64,000 nt of DNA from Octopus vulgaris (Eukaryota): positions 91,450,001-91,514,000 of the forward strand of contig OX597820.1 of the NCBI GenBank assembly GCA_951406725.2, in the 5' to 3' direction. The position numbers were made by a program, and so were the translations under genes. The notes below the pieces were generated by a model. That model made no database searches. It saw nothing but the letters and a program-made list of their open reading frames with translations, and was not told the DNA's origin. The stretch's first letter is position 1. Every line of letters starts with the position of its first letter. Shown here piece by piece: positions 25,758 to 38,638 of the stretch.

Positions 25758-26175
25758 GGAGAGGCTGTGAGGTAAGTAGCTCGCTTACCATCCACATGGT
25801 TCCGAGTTGAGTCCCACTGCGTGGCATCTTCGGCAAGTGTCTTCTACTACAGCCTCGGGCCGACCGAAGGCCTGTGAGTGGATTTGGTAGATGGAAAATG
25901 AAAAAAGCCCGTCGTAAATCTGTATATGTACATATATATGTCTGTGTGTATGTGTGAGTGTATGATTGTGTGTTTGTGCTTGTCCCTCACCATCACTTGA
26001 CAACCGATGTTGGTATGTTTACGCCCCCGAAAAATCTAGCGGTTCGGCAAAACACACCGATAGAATAAGTAATAGGCTTACAAAGAATAAGTCCTGGGAT
26101 CGATTTGTTCGACTAAGGACGGTGCCCCAGCATGGCTGCAATGAAATGACTGAAACAAATAAAAGAATAAAATAA
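25758..26175 (+). mobile_element. SINE family C, full length
   Basis: Colinear with 17781-18240 and with the reverse complement of 29698-30149. Confidence 0.9.
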
Positions 26176-26278
26176 TAAAAGAATATATTATACTATAATT
26201 CCAAGATATGAATCAAATTATATCACGATGTGACGTTAAAAATAATAAATTTAATATTTTATACATACATACATACAA

Positions 26279-26309
<31 letters not shown>

Positions 26310-26799
26310 TATGTGTGTGTGTGTTTGTGTGTGTGTACACATATATATTATATATATATATATATTTATACATATATATGTATGTATGCATACACATATA
26401 TATATACACATATTTATATAGAGATATATACACACAAATGTGTGTAAATGTCTGTATGCGTGTGTGTGCGAGCACATGTATGTGCGTTTATAGTGATGGA
26501 AACAAGCATATTCATTTCCTTTGTGTTGACCTAAGAGAAAACAAAAGATCTTGGAAAACTGGATATTATACAGTTGTTAAAAAACAATTACTGTGTTTGT
26601 AATGCTTGAGCCTGATGAAGCAGTTGCAGTCATTGTAGGCCTTCCGTGACAGGGGAAAAAGACACGTTTAAGACTTCTTTTGAACATGGCAAAGTTAATG
26701 GATATAAAAGTAACCTGTACTGGTACGGAATACTAGAGAACAGAGAAAGAACTGAAAGTAGAGTTGAGAGTAAAAATTATGAAAGTGAATGCAACAGCA

Positions 26800-27120
26800 G
26801 AAACAAGAGGAGAGAGGAGAGTGTTGAAAGTGCTTATGAATATGGATATTGTTCGTAAAGATATTTTGAATGATATTCTTTCATAACTACATAATCGTTG
26901 TACTGGATTCCGTCAGGACTTTTTCGGAAAAAATAGAGCTAGTTCCCTTTCTATGAATAAAACAGAGAAGATAGAGTAGCACGGAAAATATTCAATAATT
27001 TTGAGGAGAAACCCCGATACACCTGCTGCAAATGGAAGGGGTACTACAGTTAAAGAGGATTGATAAATTTACCATGTGCTTGGATATGTTCAGATTTTTA
27101 CACAATACTTTGGTTGATTC
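26800..27120 (+). mobile_element. Highly degraded hAT (Buster/Charlie, ZBED8-like) transposase remnant
   Basis: The fragments KRREESVESAYEYGY, KKIELVP(L)SMN, LQME and LGYV(R)F occur in the order expected for KxRxYxxxYLxYGF / IxxxPLSxNT / LQxDEST / LLxYVRF. Confidence 0.4.
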
Positions 27121-28336
27121 TGGCCTACTATTATAGGAGGGACCGAGGATACACCCGAGATCATGTGAATTTGAAGCAAAATACCTTAACTACATACTCA
27201 TATAGATATTACAGTATGCTGTGTGGACGCCCCCATACGATGAAGTAGACTAGCCCAATACGTAGATATAAAGGGAGAAGTCTAGACGTCGAGATAGAAG
27301 AATAGCGGTAGGAGTAGAGAACAGCTGAGTAGCGAGTAGCGGTGAGAGTCGAGTTGAGTTGAGTAGCGGTCACCCGAACGTGCGACATAACTCAGTAACA
27401 GTACAAAAATAGCAAATTTGATCATTATTTTATCATATTTTGCTAAGAAATAATATGTGCCACAGCATCAGTGTTTGATCAGATTGAATAAGAAAAAGCG
27501 TATTTATGTTGCAACATCTGTATCAGAAAAGATATGGATGAATAGAATACTGATCTGTTGCGTATTTATGGTTTGTGTTTCATTTGTGACGTATTTACTC
27601 AGTTTGCATTGGGCCTCATTCGAACATAGAACTAGTGTTTGTTTAAGCACTTACATCATCATTAAGTAGATGTGTTAATGCAGTTTTCTAGCTAATTTCA
27701 GATTTTAAAAAAAATGATGCCACCAGCTGTTAATCTTTATGGCAATCGATGGCTAGTCTCCTGTTAATAACATTGGTTTCTTTCCTCAAGTGAAGAAACT
27801 AGACCATCTTCTAGTTTTATTTTATTTTCTCTCAATTTATTTCTTTATTATAATCGTAAATATTGATTTACATATGCATCGGTACAACATAATTCCAAAG
27901 TAATAGAAATATTTACGCACAGGAAAATGTTTCACTAACGAGGCAATAGTAAACTCGTACAGACGATGCTGGATTAATGATTAAGCATGTATACTGGAAG
28001 GTCTGTTGGTTTTATTATCACATAAGTTCCATGTATCAAAGGAAGATATTGTTATTTTAGAACATACTTTCTCGTGAAAATATAAAACAGTTCTCGATGT
28101 ACAATTTTTTCGCCAATAATACACGATTAGTAACTTAACGTAAAATAAACTGGAACCGATGCCACGTTGGTTTAATGTCTGTCTGACACAGTCGATTCTA
28201 ACTTAATGAGCAAAGATGCTCTGATAATAAGTATTTGTATTCTCTCTACGTAATAAATTCCATGCTAGGAAATATTTGTACCATGCATCATGTGGTAGTC
28301 TATTTATCTATCTATATCGTACATACACATACATGC

Positions 28337-28368
<32 letters not shown>

Positions 28369-28372
<4 letters not shown>

Positions 28373-28564
28373 AATCCAAACAAGAAAGCACAAAAAAACA
28401 CAACAACGCGAGGACGTGGAACAAATATAGTATTATTGGACGCTGAGGAGAGAAGGAGGGTTTAACGTTTCGAGCGGAGCTCTTCGTCGGAAACATAGGA
28501 GAAGGAAAGATCCAGAGAAGGGAAGACAGAGGAAAAAATCGCCAACGGTACACACGAGGTCACA
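28369..28564 (-). mobile_element. Solo PLE pseudo-LTR-like repeat in a (TA)n tract
   Basis: A block of about 195 bp between microsatellites, containing a hammerhead motif. Confidence 0.65.
28460..28494 (-). ncRNA. Minimal hammerhead ribozyme, U4C core variant
   Basis: Minus strand: GTTT-CCGACGA-A-GAGC-tcc-GCTC-GAAACGTT-AAAC. Stem I is GTTT/AAAC, stem II is GAGC/GCTC, stem III is the palindrome ACGT, and the site is GUU. Confidence 0.75.
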
Positions 28565-28611
28565 TGTATATATGTGTGCGTGTGTGTGTGTGTGTGACAC
28601 ATACATACATG

Positions 28612-28664
<53 letters not shown>

Positions 28665-28759
28665 GCGTATGTGTGTGTGAATTCTAACTACAAATTCACT
28701 ACAATTACTGTGGGGCAAAACTTCTTTGTGATGGTAAAGGGTGGAAACTCTATATCTTC

Positions 28760-29200
28760 CGTGTGATGCCCTCTCTAGGATTCTCGAACGCAGCGTTCCT
28801 AGTTCTTTACCCGTATTAGTGGGAAATATCGAATCGAGTTAACTCTAGGCAGACTTAAGTCGTAGATTTAACTAAAATACAGTCGACAACATTGACCCAG
28901 TAGCACTATTAGATTGCTAGGTCGGGGGAAATTCACCAGTATCGGCAGCAAGCAGTCTTTAGGCATAAGCGGACCTGAAGTCAGTTAAAATATGTTTGTG
29001 ATTTATTTCAAAACCTAAACACGAATTTTCTCCTATGGTTAAATGTGTTAAAATACCACATCTGCCCAGAGTTGCTTTAATCGGATCACCAGATGCAGCG
29101 TTTCTAGTTCAGACATGCTTTCATTTAATAATGTGCATCGATGGCGCTGCTAGCCAATTTAGGTGTATGTAACCCATTTGTCTAAAGCGAGAAATTTGCT
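28760..29200 (-). mobile_element. Possible degraded Gypsy pol remnant (RNase H to pre-integrase)
   Basis: The minus-strand fragments PKLASSAIDAH, RRKFVF and GTLRSRILERASHG loosely resemble PxLxxxxAxDAS, GRKFxL and LRxxILxxxHxGH. The region is heavily frameshifted. Confidence 0.35.
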
Positions 29201-29573
29201 CCATGACAGAACACAATGTATGGCTTGTTTACGAATTCAAACTTGCAACTGGAATATTCGAGCCAGTAGTAACGTTACACGAATAACTATATGTCAACAT
29301 AATCAATTATAGTATGTGCACCTCTATATATTGACGTTAGATCTTTGATCTTTCACTTGTTTCACTTACTGGACTGCAGCATTGGTGTGGTAGCGCATTG
29401 AGGTGTTTAATCCCCAAAAATGCCTCCCCCCCGCCAAAATACTTCACTTGCAAAGAACCTAGATTTTATTCTCTCTCGGTCATTTGTGCTCCACTAGTAA
29501 GTCACAGAGGTGTAAACTAATCAGCACCGTATTCTAAACAGTGGTCGTGGACAGACAACGCGCGGGCACACAC

Positions 29574-29643
<70 letters not shown>

Positions 29644-29655
29644 GTATGTATGAGC

Positions 29656-29695
<40 letters not shown>

Positions 29696-29697
29696 TT

Positions 29698-29914
29698 TTT
29701 TACTTGTTTCAGTCATTTGACTGCGGCCATGCTGGAGTACCACCTTTAGTCGAGCAAATCGACCCCGGGACTTATTCTTTGTAAGCCCAGTACTTATTCT
29801 ATCGGTCTCTTTTGCCGAACCGCTAAGTTACGGGGACGTAAACACACCAGCATCGGTTGTCAAGCAATGCTAGGGGGACAAACACAGACACACAAACACG
29901 CACATACATATATA

Positions 29915-29987
<73 letters not shown>

Positions 29988-30149
29988 GACAGGCTTCTTT
30001 CAGTTTCCGTCTACCAAATCCACTCACAAGGCTTTGGTCGGCCCGAGGCTAAAGCATAAGACACTTGCCCAAGATTCCACGCAGTGGGACTGAACCCGGA
30101 ACCATGTGGTTGGTTAGGAAGTTACTTACCACACAGCCACTCCCGCGCC
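29698..30149 (-). mobile_element. SINE family C, full length, best-preserved copy
   Basis: The minus-strand head is GGCGCGGGAGTGGCTGTGTGGTAAGTAAC...GGTTCAGTCCC, with CTTGGGCAAGT, a long internal TA tract and the conserved 3' end. A degraded copy follows at about 30225-30440. Confidence 0.9.
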
Positions 30150-31816
30150 TATGTATGTATATATGTACATATACATATTTACATATATATAGATGTGGAT
30201 GTATGCGTGTGTGTACGCGCGCGATTTGTCTGACCACGAACACCGCTTGGAATACGGTGCTGATTAGTTGATGCCTATATATATAAGAGAGACTTCTTTC
30301 AGTTTTCGGCTACTAAATCAAGTCACTGAATTTTACTTGCCCCGGACTATGGCAGAAGTCACTAACCTAAGGTCCTGTGGTGTAAGTCAACCTCTGACTA
30401 TATGACAGAGAATCCTGTATCGTAACACACACCCACGCCTGAGTCTTTACATATATATGTGTGTGAGCGTATAGCATGCATATATATATTATACACGTGT
30501 ATGATATTCTCTTTGTTTCATCCAACACAAATTCTCATGAATTTAGCTATAATGCCATATTTGTTACTAGCATATTACTAAACATTTTTGTAAGATTTCG
30601 TTTTTGGATTTGGTTTGCAAGATTCTTTATATGAGTTCGTGTGTTGAAGCATATTCTGTTGTGTCTGGGGAGAGTCATTTTCCTTTTGTGCCTTATAATG
30701 TAACACACTCACCGGTGTAAGATGTTTTACTAATATAAGTGACTTAATTTTATAGCTATGTCTACAAGCTTACATGTGATTTAAATTTGCTTTTCTTCGA
30801 GACCCACTGAAAAATTATCGTTCTTATAGTAATGATATTTTCTGCATGTATGTAGGCGTATCACATGTAAAAGTTTAGAATAAAATGTATGAAAAGAGTA
30901 GAAACACAATACAAATGTACCTCAACCAACTCATATATAACATAAGCTCTCAGCCACGTAGTAAATTATGAACTATCTTTGAGGCGCGAATTTGAAACAA
31001 TTGCAGTAGTACTTCTCTGTATAAATTATTGTTTACATAACTTGACTTACAATTTTGGTATAGCTTTTATAGATTTCATTCCATTTCTCGTTTGCCCCGG
31101 TAATGTGATTTTGATACATCTCTCCCACTTTTATCATTCGGTACTTTAAAACAGATTTATTTCACTACTGGCAAACAAATAATATGTAATTGTGCAAACA
31201 TATATATATACACCATCCCAACACACAAATATATAACATAAATTTAATGCCTCATACAGAAAGAAAATACTTTACTATTAATACATTCCTACACAACATG
31301 TAAATAGATGCATTCACGAAAGACTGATATTAATCTTTCGTCACTTTTATCTAAGCGACTAGCATTCATTTTCAAAACGACACACACACACAAACTACCT
31401 GAACGAGCCAAAAGGGAGCGCCAAAGTAGTGCTTTCATCTGTAAGAAATACCTTCTAATTCTGTTGCTACGGGCTAATGCAAACAAGTATATATTGCATA
31501 ATGTAATATGTAATCTTAAATATAATATGTCTGAGAACGGTAAAAGAATGTATGGAACAAAACTGTGAGCTGCGGCAAATTGTTGGAGAGAGTATATATA
31601 TATATATGTTATATATGACAAAATGAAAATGACTTTTCTGAGGATTTTTGTAATTTAATAATTAGATGTTCACAATTTATTAAGTGTTAAAATAATTGAC
31701 ACCTAATAACTGAAGAAATATCTAAATATTATATTAGAAAAAACACCAGAAAAGCCATTTCTATTAATTTATTCAAATATAAAATACTGTAGCAAGGACT
31801 TTCTATTTATATATAG

Positions 31817-31856
<40 letters not shown>

Positions 31857-31875
31857 TATATATATATATATATAT

Positions 31876-31982
31876 CCGCTCAGTCGAAGTCGACTCTCGA
31901 TTACTCGTTGGATCAGTGTCCTCCAGTCAGTTCTATACTGAGCCGCTTCTTTCAAATTGGCTATGTCCAGTCCGGTATCACA
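31876..31982 (-). mobile_element. RTE (BovB-like) LINE 3' terminus
   Basis: Reads DTGLDIANLKEAAQYRTDWRTLIQRVIESRLRLSG, the typical RTE ORF end, and ends GAGAGTCGACTTCGACTGAGCGG before a TA tract. Confidence 0.75.
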
Positions 31983-32011
31983 CATACACACATATATATA
32001 GAGATTGATAG

Positions 32012-32070
<59 letters not shown>

Positions 32071-32221
32071 GCGAGAAACTGAGGTTATGAGAGGTGATGG
32101 CGACAAGAAGATGCAAAGGCGTAGGATAATGCTGAGTAAGTGCAGACTGTAGTTAAGCTCCAGATTCGGTGATTATGCGAATATGGATTCCAACGTAGGT
32201 CACATATTAGCATGCATATAT

Positions 32222-32640
32222 ATTTTTAAAAATTGACAAAATGAAAAAAAAATCCAATGTGTTTGTCTTCAAACACATAACTCAACTTTTAAGACCCTTC
32301 AAAAATACCCTGAATCCAATAACATGGTTTACAAACACTGTGCATGGAACGGCCAATTCTAAATACTATTAGAACTTACACACATGGTACAGAAACTTAT
32401 ATATATATACCATTTTCTTAAATAATGAAACTGCAGATACAATATTCCTGTATATCTCACGTCTGTTTTCATTCATCCACTCTCTATTTCATATCTTCTC
32501 TAGAATAACTATTGCTTAACCATTTTCTCGCACCGTTTCCGATTAAGGGACATATAAAATATCACGGAAACAGATGTAAGACCTGTTTATAAATGTTTTC
32601 AAATCTTTCACAGCCTTGCATCTTTATCTCATTCTGTTAA
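32222..32640 (+). mobile_element. PLE pseudo-LTR-like repeat with a degraded hammerhead (32535-32582)
   Basis: GTTT-CCGATTA-AGGGA...TCACG-GAAAC-AGAT-GTA-AGAC. The core G8 position is mutated. The block lies between TA tracts. Confidence 0.5.
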
Positions 32641-32721
32641 TTATATATATATATATATACACACACACACAGATACATATGTGTGCGTGTATTTATATAT
32701 ATATATAAATGTTTATCCTAC

Positions 32722-32789
<68 letters not shown>

Positions 32790-32832
32790 CATATACACAC
32801 ACAGATACATATGTGTGTGTGTATTTATGTAA

Positions 32833-32878
<46 letters not shown>

Positions 32879-33990
32879 TAGTATATATATTAATATTCAA
32901 CAGAAGTAAAATAGTGACTGAAGGATCGAGAGTTTTGTGTACTAACACTAATATACGCACACACTCACACACACATGCACAGGTAGCCCCTGCATTATGG
33001 CCAGGTCAGATTACGGAGTATCACGCTAACAGAAATTACCTGCATAAATTACGACCATTAATTTCGGAATAAGTTGTATAATTCCACGTTTAAAGTAACT
33101 TGTATTGCATAATTCTAAACTGTTTACAATTAAAAACTCTACTTGTGTTTTAGTTAAGATCAAAGAACATTGTAAACTCTTTGAAAAATTATCATCAATT
33201 TACACACATACATACACACATACATATAACATACATAATCTATGTGTGTTTGTATATGCATGCATGCTTGTATATATATATGAACGTATGTATGAATGTA
33301 TGTCTGCATGGGTGTTTCTATGATCAACACAAAGAGACAACTGCTAACTATTACAGTAATTTATAGTATAAAATAGATAAGCAAATCCATTGCAAATAAA
33401 AATATATAAATGTGTCCCCGTGTATTTTAAATGCTGAATAAAATACCTTTGATCTTAGATCTATGCGGATTGACTTGAGACTAAACGTCTACAACAATAG
33501 AATTAGGAAGAGCAGTATAACTGCTACAGCATCAACAATACACGGCCGCCGTCATTAATATTTAAACTAATGCCACCCACTTCGTTCCCACTATCAACCC
33601 GCAACTTTGGCATCCAACTGGCTTCACCAGATAGCAGTATGTACGCAAATACATGTGTATGCATGGATGTGTGTATTTGTGTATCTATGAGTGTGTGAAT
33701 GTGTGAGCATGCTTCTGTGTGTTTCTGTACGAGCGTGTGTTTGTATATGTGTGTGCGTGTGTGTGGGTCTTTATGTCTTAAGTCAGAGGTGCAAGAGTCG
33801 AACTGTCTATAAAATCTGGTAGACGTAGCACTTCCTCTTCACCGATCACTCTCCTTTTCCTTATTGCTTCAATAGAAATAAGACAAAATTCCGCTCTCAC
33901 CAATCAGATTTTTCCTGGACCAATTTTTTTAATACATACTTGTGGTGCATAATTAATCGCCGCTAGTATTGGATTTACATTCAATTTAAG

Positions 33991-35250
33991 ATGTCTGGAA
34001 AGAAGCTATGACGTCGAACTGAAGGCAGTAGTGCGAAAAGGAATTGTAATCAGATTACACTGGATATGAAATTTAATGTCTTAAAAAGACTTGATGCGGA
34101 GGTAAAACTAAATAATATTGCCAAGTCATTAACTCTTGCAACATCTACAGGGAGAACAATACGTGACAACAAAGAGAAACTTACGTCAAATGCTAATGAA
34201 GGTAAATCGCTAAATGTTCGGAACTTACTTTTCTTTCGATCTAATACAGTGGTTCTTAACAGGTCCCTTTGGGATCCAATTGGCCCTTTGCGGTTCATAT
34301 AAGATCGTTTTGCTAAACGTTATGTATAAATAAATTGGTTATACTTCTATAACACAATACACAAAATTTTAACAATTGTTTGATACAGGTTTTAATAATA
34401 TTTAATTATAAAAATACAATAGGATTTGTTAAACGAATAGCAGCTATGAGAGTCCACCCGACTAAAATTGGATTCAAAGGAGTTTTTAGGTAAAAAATAG
34501 AACGACTTTTGAGAGTATGGATCGAGGATCGAAATGGGCGTGATGTGCCGATTAACATGATAGTAATAAAAAATTAAGCCAAAAGATTATATGACACTTT
34601 ACAGGAAAATGAGGTTGGAACTTCTAATGAGAAGCCCTTTTTTACGAGTAAAGGGTGGTTCGAAAGATTTAAGGAGCGCATAAATTTGCATAAAAATGAT
34701 TGATGTAACTTCGAGAGTTGATACAGAGGCTGCTACTAATTATCATGAGCAGTTGAAGAAATTGATTGCATCTACACACCAGAGCGAGAACATAATGTTA
34801 GTGAGACTGCACTTTCCTGGTAGCGCGTGTAAGCTAGAACATTTTTTCTTGAGAAGGAAAATCAAAACCAGGATTTAAAGATTTCAAAAATCTTTTCGGA
34901 GGAAATGCCGATGATGATATGAAATTAAAGCTCCTACATGCTCATCATTCCAAAAATTCGAAGACTTTCAAGAGGTACACAAATTGTAAGCTACCTCTGA
35001 TTTGGCGTTCAAATAAAGAAGGCATGGATAAGTAAGAGCATTTAATAAGAGTAGTTTTCAAACGTTTTCTGTCCTGACAGAGAAAGGTACAACGAAACAT
35101 TGATTGTATTAGAAAATGCACTGAGTGACACATCGAAATTAGATGGCCTTTCTGATAATGTGAGAGTAGAATATATTCGCAAGAATCCAACTTCTTTGCC
35201 GCAGCCAATAGATCAAGGTGTGATAGCGAAATTCGAAACATAGTATAAGG
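33991..35250 (+). mobile_element. Tigger/pogo (TIGD1-like) transposase pseudogene
   Basis: ITLDMKFNVLKRL...IAKSLTLATSTGRTIRDNKEK (HTH), VWIED...AKRLY...FTSKGWFERFKER (CENP-B HTH), GGNADDDMKLK, LPLIWRSNK and QPIDQGVIAKF. It has many stops and frameshifts. Confidence 0.88.
34247..34506 (+). mobile_element. hAT-like MITE nested in the Tigger relic
   Basis: Begins CAGTGGTTCTTAAC and interrupts the transposase between its two HTH motifs. Its right part matches 58410-58485, which ends GTTGAGAAACCCTG. Confidence 0.65.
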
Positions 35251-35258
35251 GGAAAGCA

Positions 35259-35305
<47 letters not shown>

Positions 35306-35329
35306 TAGATATATAGATAGATAGATAGG

Positions 35330-35548
35330 GCAAGGGTTAAGAACACCTTCAGTCATAAATGACCATGGGTTTGCACAAGCTCAGGCAAGGTTGCTTATGG
35401 AAGACCACCAGTCACTGATGCTCACCAGCCTCCCCTCACCACACCACCGATGTTATGCAAGGGAAAGGCAAATGCTGATACAGCTGTGGCGTTGCAACTC
35501 ATTTCTACAGCTGAGCTGGAGCAACATTAAATAAAGTGTTTTGCTGCA
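35330..35548 (-). mobile_element. SINE family B, truncated
   Basis: GTCATAAATGACCATGGG...GCAACTCATTTCTACAGCTGAG matches 10028-10224. The head is missing. Confidence 0.8.
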
Positions 35549-35699
35549 GAACGAAATACGCACGTGCGCGCACACACAGACACATACAGGCATCGGAGTG
35601 GCTGTGTGAGAACACTGCTTCCTAACCTCGTGGTTCAGTATTGGGCATGTACCGACCAAAGCCTTGTGAGTGGAAAGATCATTACGTCAATAATAATCT

Positions 35700-35899
35700 T
35701 CTTTTCTATTATAGGCACTAGGCCTGAAACTTAGAGGAAGAGAGTTAGTCGATTATATCGACTCCAGTGTTTCAGTAGTACTCCGAAAGGATGAAAGACA
35801 AATTCGACCTAGGTAGAATTTGATCTCAGAACGTATCGGCGGGCGAAATACTGCTAATCATTTCATCTAGCGTGATAACGAATCTGCCAGTTCGTCGCC
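35700..35899 (-). mobile_element. SINE family D
   Basis: CCGAAAGGATGAAAGACAAA..GAATTTGATCTCAGAACG..CTGCCAGTTCGTCGCC. Confidence 0.8.
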
Positions 35900-35905
35900 T
35901 TGCAA

Positions 35906-35909
<4 letters not shown>

Positions 35910-35993
<84 letters not shown>
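35910..35993. repeat. (AAT)n microsatellite
   Basis: Directly visible tandem repeat. Confidence 0.95.
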
Positions 35994-35996
<3 letters not shown>

Positions 35997-37349
35997 TACA
36001 CACTACAAAATCGAAGATATTTTCACGCGCACATGCACGCACAAAGACAAATGTGCACGCTCACACACGCGCATACACACGAGCGCATGCACGGTAACAG
36101 ATAGTCGCACACATAAAAAACGCACGCGCGCACGCATGCACACGTACTTGCACACGCTTTCCTATAAAAATAGCCAGTTGCACAGCACGCGAACACGTGC
36201 GAAAATACATACACACACACACACACACACACGCGCACACACTTAAATCGATATACATAGGTGAATATTCACACACATGGAAGCATATACAAACAAACAA
36301 GCCACACAAACAAATGCAGTGGTACCACACACCACATGCAGGCGCACACACATGCACACGATCACACGCGCTCACACACACAAACGCACACAAACGTACA
36401 TACATACACATAATATGATCCCCCCACCTTCCCTCCTCACATAAGAAACTACATCCATAAATCTTTATGGGATGACAAGCAAATCTCAGCAAATCTGAGA
36501 CTAAAATGACCTTGAACAAAAGGGCAAACCCTGAAAGAGGTCATGGGCGCCCAATACACACACACACACACACTCACAAACATATAAACACACATACAAG
36601 CAAACATGTGAATGTACACGCAAACACACACACACACACATTTCTTCACACACACACGCACAAACGCGTACACAAACATGTTCACACATAGACAAAAGGG
36701 CGCACGCACACACACACATGCACAGACAAATTCTTCGATTGCCTTCACCCTTCTTTGCAAGCAACACCGCATCTACATATTCATATACATTCATTCACTT
36801 AAAGATGAAGTATTCTAACATATTCTGTACAATAAGCTGGCCTTACAAGTAAATTCTGCATATCTTATATTGCTATATTATATTTGACATATTGACCCTT
36901 TAATGTATAACTTTATCACTGAAACTTATTCCTTCTTATTTCGCTTAAGTCGAGTGGATGCAATATACTTTGACCTAGTTTAGGATCTAGCATTAATGAT
37001 TCGAAATTCAAACCTTAGAGTCATAATAGGGTCAATCTCATAACCGATTTTATAGCCATATCACGTTTCTAAATATTCTTCTCTCATTCTTTGCACTCAA
37101 AATCTATCGCCCCTACTCGGTGTAATACTCTCTATACACTCAAACTCCAGTTCACGTCAAACTAAAACAGTGGCATTGAATAACGTTGTATAGAACCAAA
37201 TGAACAAGCTGCATGCAAACGTAAACCTCATTAGGAGAGATCAATCCAGCAGGAACATATATCTGACAGATTTAAATTCAATATTCAGTATAATTGTTTG
37301 TTATCACAAAAAATGTGTCGATCTCCTAAACTCGTTGTTTATTTCAATT

Positions 37350-37607
37350 TCTAATATGTTAGTTACTTATTTAATTATTTGGCTCAAAAAGCAAAAAGCA
37401 AGGCCATGTAGGGGGACATAGAGTTATGTACAGGGTGGTGTTCAGGTAAAGAGTTCAGGCCACCTGTGGTCAAGGGAGACTTTGAACAGAGCGGTCGTCG
37501 GCATCTTCACCCTCTCGTCCGGCAGCTTATTCCACGGATCCGCAACCCGGACGGAGAAAGCCCCTCTCCTTCGATTGAGATGAAATCGTCGCAGATAGAG
37601 CTTTTTA
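37350..37607 (-). mobile_element. CR1/L2-group LINE 3' end
   Basis: KKLYLRRFHLNRRRGAFSVRVADPWNKLPDERVKMPTTALFKVSLD matches the ORF2 C-terminal motif FSxRVxxxWNxLP...FKxxLD. A short 3' UTR and a TAA-rich tail follow. Confidence 0.85.
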
Positions 37608-37619
37608 GATATATATATA

Positions 37620-37680
<61 letters not shown>

Positions 37681-38596
37681 GCACTTATGCATTTGACTGT
37701 CCCTAAAATAAGTTCATTTTTGTCCGTGTGCATACTTATATATATACATAAATGGTTGGGTGTGTAAACAATATTTAGCAGGAAAGAAAAATAATATCAC
37801 TGCTAAAAGTAGATTTGGTCAACGCCACAAATTCAAAATACCCTGGTTAACAAATAATCATTTTTACCCTAGGCACTGAAGTGAAAGTGGTGTTCGAAAC
37901 CAACTTCGTGTGTTTATTTCAATAGATATAAAAAAACAAAACAAGTAATCTTGGAAAGATATTAACCGTCTAGATATTTTCTTATCATTATATAATAATA
38001 ATAACAACAATAACAACAACAACAACAACAATAATAATAATAATAATGATATTAGGGAATATATATATGTTTGTTTACCCGCTTCTGACACGTATTCAGA
38101 TTTACTACAGTTCGTCAATGCTGAATGGCCTTAGAGCTGTAAAAAAAAAACATGCCCGTAGAGCGACTGGTGCGAGGCCAGTAATAACTTGGTTAACGAT
38201 TACTCCGACGTGAAGATAATATGTAACAGTGTTTTGATATGTTACTGATTCACGTTTATCAGGTAAGAAGAATAAAAGCGAAGCGGTGCCATATCCATCC
38301 ACAATTCGATGCACTTAGCTATAATACTATGTTAATTATCGCTTCTCCTCATAATTACGAGAGAGCCAGCAATACCAGCTTTTCAGGGAATGCATTACAT
38401 GTTAACCGTTGCAAATTCCCCAAACTTAATGATAGACTTACAAGAGAATACGTTTTGTGGTCAATTTGGTCCTGGGATCGACTAAACGTGGTACACCAGC
38501 ATGGCCGCAGTCAAATGACTGAAACAAGTAAAAGTAAATTCATCTCTTTCTTTTTTACAGCTGAGTTATACTTCCTACATATAAATACATACACAC

Positions 38597-38637
<41 letters not shown>

Positions 38638-38638
<1 letters not shown>

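Noticed and set aside
26609-26635. CTGATGA as a hammerhead core
   Set aside because: No GAAA follows the short stem.
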